A stretch of DNA of 62,438 nt, the filler included, from Choristocarpus tenellus KU-1152 (taxonomy: Eukaryota > Protista > Phaeophyceae), in the NCBI GenBank assembly GCA_964200185.2. It is 13 parts of 13 records of this genome, joined end to end, with 100 filler letters (N's around TTAATTAATTAA, not from the genome) between each part and the next. Parts side by side here need not be neighbours in the genome. Positions count along the whole stretch, not along the records: positions 52,502 to 62,438 come from CAXNAD020003266.1; 12 more parts are not named here. One strand, written 5' to 3'. The stretch's first letter is position 1. Each line of letters opens with the position of its first letter. The notes under the pieces are model-generated. The model searched no databases, was not told the origin of the DNA, and was given only the letters and a program-made list of their open reading frames with translations. This document shows, piece by piece, positions 52,900 to 62,438 of this stretch. The position numbers and the translations under genes are program-made.

Positions 52900-53390
52900 A
52901 CAGTTTAAAGCTCTCATAAACTAAAACTCTGTCAACCTCGCCCCCACTAATGTTAGTGCTGAAACTCTCGGCCAATGATCCGCTTGCACTGCACTCTCTG
53001 ATTCTCCAACATTGGTGGAAGTGGTTGAAGCCATCTGGGCCATGGCAAATGGGAAGGGGATGGGATTAGGTGATCTCCCATATGAAATTCTGAGCCTTGA
53101 ACCCATTGTGAACGAGATTATCCTTGAGAGTTTTCACGTTGTGCTTAGCTATATAGGACCAGGAAAATGTGCCACACGTTTGGAAGGATACAGAAATGGA
53201 AGTCCTCCACAAGAAGATGGACTGGGAGGATTGTGGTCATGGCAAAAACTACAGGCTCGCCTAATTGGTTACAAACACTGTGACAGTGCTTCTCAAGATT
53301 GTTGTCCGAAAAATGGGAGCCTACCTGAAACAGGAGGACATATCGATCATGAGAACATTTTGGTTTCTGACTCCGATGTTCAGTATGTAG
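52900..53390 (+). mobile_element. Decayed LINE (RTE-like) reverse transcriptase fragment
   Basis: EVVEAIWAMANGKGMGLGDLPYEIL, then after a frameshift WKDTEMEVLHKKMDWEDCGHGKNYR..LV....VLLKIV. This is the LINE RT KA.G.D / WK.A....KK.D...NYR.ISL pattern. Confidence 0.75.
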
Positions 53391-53450
53391 GAGATGAGAA
53401 CACGATGTACACTTACCACACTACTTGTGTTTACTATAGTGCATTATATA

Positions 53451-53729
53451 TTATCATGCCCTTTGGCATTTTTCAGATATGTCAGGGGAAAAACCAAGGA
53501 AAAAGTATTCACATGTCAGAAAATTCCCTACTAAGGAAGTAAAATTTGTCACAAATGTGAAAAACATTTATCTATTTGTTATTTCACTACTATGTTGTAC
53601 CAATGCCTTCCTGTTCCTCCAATCTACATATTCCCGCACCCCAGGGTGAGGAGGTAGGGAAGCATCCCAAGAATCCAACAAACCTCCCCTTGGTCATCTC
53701 CCTGGTGACTCCAGGTTAAAACGCATGAC
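53451..53729 (+). repeat. Dispersed repeat of about 280 bp, copy 2
   Basis: Diverged colinear copy of 46664-46940. Confidence 0.85.
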
Positions 53730-54424
53730 AAATCTAGACAGTGCCATCTGTGTTGTCACCAAGACTATTTGACATAGTGTTGTACATTGTGTCTCAGGTT
53801 TATTGTTCTTCCGTTTCCCTTTCGTTATTGATTTTGCAATGCATTTAATGAGTAACAATTAGATGGCGAGGTATGATAGTGAATTTTCCTTTTTCTCCCA
53901 ATCATATATCTGATATGAGAAGATGGGAAGAAGAGGTGCTATGTGACGACGTCCCCTACATTATTGGGTGTTGAGTGAGGGTTTCTCTCTTGCATTTCCA
54001 AATTGTTTTTCCTTTTTGTACCTACACTAAGTTTTTTGGTTTTCTTTCTTTCACTATACTTCTACATACTAAAAGTACAATTCTTATGACTTACTAATTA
54101 TAGTCTCTGATGTTTTTGGACAATGAGTTTCGACCACCTTAGAGGAGAATAATAATTCATGTGTTTATCTCTCTAAATTAGGTAGTATATTATAGGAGAT
54201 ACTTTTTTCGGGAATAGAGGAAAATGTACAAGTTAGAGAGAGTGGTTGGAAGCTGGAAGTTATTTGTTTTGGACACAATGGAAGAACAATACTAGAAACG
54301 GGTACAATTCCAACATCAAAGTAGAAAGAGGGTGTAAATAATATAAAGAAACAAGACAAGACCAACAAAACCTCATTCCTCTCCTTCATCAGTTCAATCC
54401 CAAAAAATATTGGTTGTAATCTTC

Positions 54425-54429
<5 letters not shown>

Positions 54430-54476
<47 letters not shown>
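54430..54476. repeat. (GA)n microsatellite just upstream of the WS/DGAT start. Other microsatellites: (GT)n at about 19367-19470 and 51553-51630, poly-T at about 15128-15184
   Basis: Read directly. Confidence 0.95.
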
Positions 54477-54479
<3 letters not shown>

Positions 54480-54487
54480 AGGGAGAT

Positions 54488-57400
54488 ATGGCTGACCTTG
54501 CGCAGGAGGTGGGCTTATCACGGGTGTGGCACTCGGTGACTTCGACAGGTGAACGTGAAATCGTTGTCCTTCTTGCCTTCCTTCTGCCTCTAAGTGCTCT
54601 GGTCATCGGCTATCGAAGAGGTGAGGAAGGGCACAGCTCAGGGTGAGACTCTACAATATTGTTTCTGTGGATCTGAGATCTTACCCCTCGCACCACTATC
54701 TCTGTACGTTATCTCTATTTGGGAAAGGGGCATCTACTGTTCTTCCTGGTGAAGCACAGTAGCGAACCAATCAGTAGTGCGCCCCCTCCACGACTGACAG
54801 CAATGAAACTCCTGTCAACTTTCCTCGGTGCTATCAAATAGATGAACAAACCAAGTTGTATTTTTGCTTCTGCCAAAATGGTCATTGTCAATCCTGCCTG
54901 TTCGCAAGTGCAAACTTCGATGACTAGAACTGTTCCTGCTGCTCATGGATACATCGATTAACAGGCCCCTGCCATTTTTCTCCTGTGTCGCCCAACTCTT
55001 GGTTTCAGGGTCAAAACGTCATCCTAAAAATGGCGGAGCTGACAAGAGGCGTATGTGTTTCAGCAGTGAGTTCATGGCTCGTGGATCCTGGCCTCCGAAG
55101 CTAAAGATGATGGAGCCGGTGGTTTGTGCATGCATGTGAGACATACCTATGTTTAGTATATTGTAACTTGGTGGCATTGTAATTAATGGTTGGGAGGGGT
55201 TCTTATCATAGACCGATTGTCGGTTGGACATGTCTCGTTGCTCGTGTTCGGGGTGTGGCCCCTCTGCAAGTGTTGGATAAGTTCCGACAAGGTGTGATTC
55301 AGTCGCGTATTGCCTATGTTACCTGTATTTGATGCACGCTTAGGCGTGAGTGTAATTTGTTTGTGTACAAGATATGTGTCGTCCCTTAAAAATACTTTTC
55401 GAATGCTTTATTTGAAGGAAAGAGTCTCGAGATGGACGACTTTCTTCACCCGCAATATAGAGATAATCCCTTCCGATTTGAATATGCTTCTACGAGGGTA
55501 ATTGTACACCAATTCAGCTACCGCTCCAATTCATTTTTAGATAGTTGAACGCAGTAACGAATTATCGTTGCATGCTTCAATAATGCAGCAAACTCCTAAG
55601 AATACTTCATTATGCTCACCACGACCCAAACCCTCTCCCATGGTGCTCTCTAGGGTATTTAGCCTCCACCGGGAAGTGTAAATGAATGAGAGGAGAAGTA
55701 TGGGAGAGGACGGATGTTCCCATGCATTCATGCCCACTCCTTTCCCATGCATAGCAACATTTTCGTAAATAGATGTTATCGCGATACTAGCAGTCATTGT
55801 GTTCCTTCCACGCACACCCCTTGCAATCCCCCACCACAATTGCAAAGACAAAACGATTGTTTGAAATGCGTAGGATCACCATCTCGATTCCTTCTACAGC
55901 ACCACCACCCCCACACGCTCTTTGGCAGGTACTTGGAAGGAACTCCCGAGGCTTCCAAACTGGAGGAGTTGACAAATGTAATGTTTCAGTATGGAAACTT
56001 GCGTTCGCGTCCGGTGAAGGCAGGTCTCTTCGGGGGTCGCTTAGCCTGGCAGGAGATAAACGGGGTATGTTTGAACTTCCTTTTTTTTCATTTTTATGTT
56101 TTTTGTGTCTTTTTGAACTGATCCACATCACCTTCGGACTTTTTTTTGTCTTTCTGGTTTGGTTTTGTCAATCCAATAACTACTGAGCACAGTGCGATTG
56201 AGGAAGTGGAAGTTGTGGCTACATCTTGGATGAGACCCTACAGAACATCCATGGATCAGATCACCTGAATGCCTTTGAACATGGACTATATTATTTACGT
56301 TGTTGACAATTGTGATGTTTCAATCGAACAAGATCACAGTAACAATAGTTGTCTCTGTTTTTCACGTTTTAAATTTTAATATTTTGAATGGCAACAGTCG
56401 CACAAGCATGGGACCCTCCTGCTCATCATGAAGCCCCCACTGCTTCCTCAACTTGTGTTCTCCATGCTTCCACACCTTGGAAAATGCAATTTAGTTTTTT
56501 AGTGTGATTTGTGACAAATCACTTTCCGAAGGAAGGATGTTAATGCGGAATTTGGCCATGATTATTGCCCAGGACAATGGAGTTATGAATTGAGTTTTGC
56601 CCAAGCATTTGCCAAACAATGAACATTGCAGAAGAGAGCCTCAGGGGCTGTCCAGGAAGTTGGATGTTTCAGACCAAACGGAATCAATTGTTCGCCGAAT
56701 AATGGTTGTTATGATAAGAGTACAGGGGATGTATCATTTTCCTCACTCAATTCATGTCTTCTTCCATTTTGTTGCTTTCTTTTCAAAAACATTGATTCGT
56801 TGATGAATGAGAAGGAGTAATCTTGTGGGTGGGGACTGCCTTGCAGAAAAATAATTGAGTGACTGATTCCAAGTGTTGATCTGGACAACAGAGATCATAT
56901 ACCCAATGATGTTTAGTACTGCCCTAACGACAGCTGCTATGTTCAGGCCTTGTGCCAGATAATGGATGTTTTTGTAACTGCATGTGTCTTGATATCATGT
57001 GTCTTGATATCCTTGGGTAATGCTATGACAGCGTTTGTTGTTGAGTTTTCTGAGGACAAGCTTTCCTCTGGTTTGCACATCACCATGGGTATGAATGAGG
57101 GCATCCGAACCTGTGGTGACTTCATTGACCCACCTTTCGAGTGTACCTCTTCTCTGCACTTCAGTGTACCTCTTCTCAGCTCTTCAGTCACATGCTCTTC
57201 GGCCTTTTTTTTTTAGGGAGACATCAGCTGATTGTGTGTCTCAAATGTGTTTCAAATGTAGTGGGAGCTGGTTTGTCTGGTAGTTGAGAGAGGTCTCAGT
57301 AACAATTTGAAGTTTTTTTGGCGCTGCTGAACTGACCCCTCCCACCCTGGAAGACCTTTCAGCTTCAGGGAATTTGATTGATCTCGGATGTCAAGAATAT

Positions 57401-57698
57401 TTGAGCCGGTTTTGTCTCTATGCATTCATTTGTTTTTTCCATTCACAGCTCTACTGCAGCACCATACTTGTGAACTCAATCCATTCGAGGAATTAATTAC
57501 AGTACACATACGGTATATGCAGCCCAGTGCAAAGAGGAAGGCTTTTTTCACCCTGCTCTTGTCGATGGAGTTTTCGACAAAAATTGTTGTGCTTGATGTC
57601 TCAATGTTCCAATATATTGTTGGACACCTCTGATCTTGTTGCATGATTTATGTACACTCATATGTGCTTCTTTTTTTTCCTTTTTTCGATTTTTAAAT

Positions 57699-57734
<36 letters not shown>

Positions 57735-60673
57735 TCTATGACCTGCGCTGTTTTTCGTGTGTTTTTGATGGGGGGTGGACAATTTGTGTGTGTTCTTCAT
57801 GGTCCTGCTGGGTAATGCGCTGAAAGCTTTTACCAAGTGATGTCATCAGTCGGGTTGAATTTTCTTCAGCAGCAGAGGTGCTGTCAGAGATGGATGCAGT
57901 TATGATGAGACCATTGCCAACCATAACCGATGGTGGGAGGTGAGCTATCATTCCCCCACCACCTCACCTGCCCGCCAAGTTGCCTGTGTAGGCCAAGGAT
58001 GTGTGACAATTATGGGTATTCGTGGAACTAGCAATTTTTACAGGACCTTTCACATGACCACAAAGTCAAAATAGTCGGATGTTAGACAGTACTGTATCGA
58101 AATGCCTGACAGCTCTCAACCAGCCCTGTTGAAGAGATGTTGTAACTGGGTTGGTTTAGCTGTGTTAGGCTGGCCTGGTCAAGACACGGCGGGCTGAGCA
58201 CCGAATAGATTTTGATATTTTGTCTGGTTTACATTCAGGAATAAGTTTTATCCTTGCAGCTCAGTGGTTGACTCCCATCACTCCCTGCAATAAGGTATGT
58301 ACAAGAGGTATGTGCAGGTTTGAACCCCGGTGTCACCAGGTTATCTTTTCAGTTAAGTCTGCTTTTGGTAGACTATGTGGCAAGCACTAGATATTGTAGA
58401 CGTGTTCTCTCCTGTTTGCTGCTATTCCGCAAGGCATGGGAAAGTCTGAACTGTGACGGCAGGGCTACATTGCTACGAGTCGAGCGCATTCCGGGACTCA
58501 AGGGTAGGAAGTGGATTGATGGGCAGTGTTACGGCTCAGAATTAACGGCCGAGAAGCAAGGCTTGCAACTATTGGTTGCAGCGACTCAGAGCACTGATTG
58601 GACAAAAGTCCCTTGCTGAAAGCGGAGATAGTAGTAATGCTGATGCTTGAAATTTCTCCTGAAATACCTTCCATCACATCTGGGTCTTCTAACATCGCAC
58701 ACTGAGATTACCTTGGAACTGACTGCGCCATCCTAGTACCATAATACCATGTATTACTTTGGCTGGCGGAAGATTGACTGCGTTGATAAATCTACTAGTA
58801 GCCCCATGCGACCAGTCCTGTTTAAATGTATGAATGTGGGGACCAGGTTGGCCTGTAGACAGAGTGTTAAGAACTTTTCTCATTTTCCCAGCTCGGTGTA
58901 AGACCTTGGACCGTTAGGGATGATTTTCTTGTCAAGAATTAATCGTGGAGAATGTATTGGTTTGTACACATAACAGGGGGAGGTTAGATATTTTGAGGGA
59001 GCAGTTTATAGAAAAGAGTGCTCTTAGTCTCTTTTTTTTTGTGCTCATCGTTGAAGAGTGTATGTTGAAGGTGTGGCTGTTTGGAATGGGAATTTTCGTG
59101 TGAGGTCACCCTGAGAATCTGATCAAGAAATTAAAGGTCTAGGGGTTGGCAAGTTGTGTTCCCTCCTTCCTGTTAGTGTCAGGGCTGGCTGACTGGGTGG
59201 ATGGATGGTCGTATGTGGAATGACAAATAAAAACTAGTTTCAGTGGGGTGTTTCTCTGTTGTGTTGGAGGCAATCTATCATAGCAGGCGTTTTGGTTTTT
59301 TATCATTGTCCCCTCTGTGCCTGATTTTTACAGCAGAAGCACACCTGGCTGTTAGGGTTAGTATGATTTTAATTTGTGTGCATGATGCTATATTTCAAGC
59401 TGCCAAATTAGTTCATTATTGCACTCTTGGCTCACGATGCCCTTCTGTTTCATCTGTACTCCTCCTCTTGTACATTCCCCTGGTATTGGTCTAGTGGATC
59501 AGACAAGCTTTTGAAAGTAAGTTGTGCTCAGTTGTCGGCATATTCTAAAATCAGCGAACACTAACTTGCTCTTGAATATGTCTGCTGATTAGAACTGGCG
59601 CTTACTTTGGCGCCATAATGCTATCATGTCTTCTGGACCTGTGACTCATGGTGTTCTTACCATGCTTGTGATATGACACTCTCTCCTTTCCCCACCCACC
59701 CTCACCTACGCCCCCTTTACTCCCCCTTTACTCTCATGGCTATCACCGTCCCCCTCCTCTTCGTCCCCACAATACTTGCCTTACTTGCATGTCTTGCCTT
59801 GTGATTTCCCCCCTGTGGTAATGTGGGTTTCCTCTGTTATTTTCTTATGCACCTACTGGCACTGGTGGTTTGTCTGCATTATTTGTTTGTGCTTGCAATG
59901 CATGCGATTATGCCTTTCTTACCTCTCCCAATGTGTTTCCTTATGACTTCAATCAATTTTCATGTGGCGTAAAACAGGGAGTTGCCGCTATGGAGGTTCA
60001 ACGTCATACAAAACAATGGAAAAGCACCAGGTACTGTATACCCCCCTCCNNNNNNNNNCAATTTAAAAGCCCCTGTTGCTGTGTCCCCCCCCCCCCCCCC
60101 CCCCCCCCTCCCTGTTCCTTTTGGCATTGCCATTCCGCAATCATCGTTGCTATGCTTCCTGACACTTGAACTCTACATTTCTCACTCTCCTCTCTACTCT
60201 AGTCCTACCCTCCTCTTGGAGTCCCCTAAGGTTGAATCCTCCTTTCTTGTGCCTTCTCTTTTGTTTAGTACTGAAGTATCCAAGCAAAGCTGTGTTCTTC
60301 ATTTGTGGTATTTCCTGTTGTGGGAGTGAGCTTCTACCTTACTACGGGGGGGGGGAGAAGAATATCTCCCTCCACCGTTCTATACATAATTGTCAACACA
60401 ATGCAATTGTTGTGCTATTGTTGTGCTGTATATTTCGATCTGATTGTGCCTGTAAGTGTGGCATTTCTCATCATGCCCTTTGTGCATTCCCTATGTGAAA
60501 GACCATACCCCTTCGTGTGATATATTCTGTGACTTGCTTGCGAGTTCTTCATCTCAAACATTTTTTATTTTATTGCACCCATTGCCTTTAATGCACAATG
60601 TGATAGATCTTATGCCTGGTGAGTACCCCTTCGTCTTGTTCTGTCCTGATGCATGGGTTGTTCTATCTTCAAT

Positions 60674-60712
<39 letters not shown>

Positions 60713-61424
60713 CATCTGTTCTGTCTCACTATGCTCTCGCCAGTGATTCTGGTTTAGACTTTTATTTTTTTCAAGGTGAATTGTCGACGGTTATTGGTAT
60801 GGATCCACAACTCAGAAATTGTGTTATTTTTTCTTTATGCATAATGTATATAATGTATACAAAGTATATAATGTATATAGCACACCTTTTGTCGGCTAGG
60901 TCATTTCATTTCAACGACTGTCTTCTCTTCCAGATTGCTTCTGTTTGTTGTATGAAGTGTTCCGCCCAACTCCTCCCCAATTGTGTTGTTCCTGGTGCAA
61001 TTCCTTATATATGTCTCTGTATTGGGCAGAGTGTTAAAGTTTGGATGGTTTTGGATGTGATTGATAGAAAAGTGATCCCTCATGGGCCAAGGAAAAGATT
61101 GTTCGGCACATACACAAACACACTCCATTGCTTTATTCATCTCCTGCAAGTAACCCTCCCCTTGTGCACCCAACTTCACCCCCCCCCACCCTTGTATCCA
61201 AACTCCTGTGTGTGTCTCTTATTCCAGGAGATCTGTCTGTTGTTGTATTCCGTTTCCACCACACCATTGGCGATGGCATGTCCTTTGTGACCATTGCAAC
61301 ACGTATACTCAAGGGGCTTGATGGGAAGTCTTTAGAAATGGGGATGGAGGAGAGCACCAGCGTGATAAAGGAGGGGAAGGGGAAGGGCAGTAGCGGAGGA
61401 ATTATGAGGTTCCCTCTTGAGCAG
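54488..61424 (+). CDS. Wax ester synthase/diacylglycerol acyltransferase (WS/DGAT family), 5' part. Exons 54488-54620, 55009-55135, 55929-56064, 57827-57939, 59978-60030, 61228-61424
   Basis: Six phase-compatible GT-AG exons from ATG: MADLAQ...IVVLLAFLLPLSALVIGYRR|GSKRH...VVCACM|YLEGTPE...YGNLRSRPV...WQEING|LLPSD...MMRPLP...R|ELPLWRFNVIQN...|GDLSVVVFRFHHTIGDGMS. Contains the catalytic HHxxxDG and the PLW motif. Confidence 0.85.
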
Positions 61425-62438
61425 GTGGGGGTTGGGTGGATGGAGGGTATGAAATATGAGAGGTCTTTACGTACTTTAGTTAAGGTTTTTTTTCCCCTTG
61501 TTTGGTTGATGTGTGTTTGGACTGTATTGTCATGCCGTACTGTTAAATGATATCAATGCCTCCATACTTTCTTGCAGGATTTACTTACATAAGCTTTTCC
61601 TATTTTATACACTGAAAATCTTTTTGGTGATGGAAAATGATGGGACCTATCAATTGATGTATCCGATAGATGAACGTGGAAATATGTTGAGGTACTGTGT
61701 TTTTATTCAAGAGGTTCAGTGCTCAGTTCCTGAAATTGTTCGCAGAGTTGGCCACCAAGGCGTGGCAGTTGAAGAGTACAGTTATGATTGACCTAGAACA
61801 GAAAGGCAGACCCTTGCATCAAGGGGGGAGGCACACATGGTATGTGTGTTACAAGGTAGTCTAGTATCGTGGGTATAGGAGAGACCTACAAGGTGTATCA
61901 GGTTTACACATTGCATGTAACGTTGAGGTTAATTAATAGCAACGAAAAAGTGCACTGACTCTACACAACCCCAAGCGAAGCAAGTACTCGTATCGGTGTG
62001 TGATATAAACTAATTTGTAGTTGAATCCGTGGAGCTTGTCTGGCACTGAGTATCGTGTCATGATTCCGTATGTGAGGATACTGCGAACAACTAAGACCCC
62101 AAGGCACGCTTTGCTTGAAACATGGGTTCTGCCGACCCCAACTCATTTATTCATTATACTCTTGTTTGGGTCAGGGTTAGGGTTAGGGTTAGGGTCAGAA
62201 AATGGTGCAGTACCGGTGGAGGACTAAATGCTGATGTACCAATAATCACAAGAATATCCAGATATTGTCTAGATACCTCGCTCAATGAACTTGTCAAATC
62301 AAATATTGAAGAACTGTGACTTCCTCTACTGCCGTGCGAATGACATCAGTATCTATCTATTGAGTACCCACCCCCCTCCCCCCTCCCCTTCCCTCCCCTC
62401 CCCCCACCCCCCCAAGTAGTGACCACTCCTACTGTCTC

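Noticed and set aside
23538-61424. Lipid/ER gene cluster (P5A ATPase, SAC phosphatase, WS/DGAT, VPS13-like)
   Set aside because: The genes lie on separate, artificially joined contigs.

Overview
Eukaryotic nuclear DNA from a fragmented draft assembly, not one contiguous locus. Thirteen contigs are joined by twelve artificial 100-bp spacers (N44-TTAATTAATTAA-N44). Short exons, roughly 0.3-2.7-kb introns, (TTAGGG)n tracts and the transposon content suggest a stramenopile, probably a brown alga or close relative (inference). Partial host genes reconstructed by hand from splice sites: a P5A-type ATPase (ATP13A1/Spf1-like), a WS/DGAT acyltransferase, a serine O-acetyltransferase, a SAC-domain phosphoinositide phosphatase, a VPS13-like protein and several unknown genes. 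Mobile DNA: a decayed DIRS/Ngaro-like retroelement, a decayed CRE-clade non-LTR element with two N-terminal RING-like fingers, a DD39D-type mariner end, RTE-like and copia-like remnants, and a MITE family (TIR core AAAGTATCT) with a poly-G sister family. I found no convincing wholly new biological system. The most unusual observations are the RING-bearing CRE element, the MITE family (one copy has telomeric repeats expanded inside its TIR) and three predicted GC-AG introns. All protein assignments come from motif recognition, not database searches.
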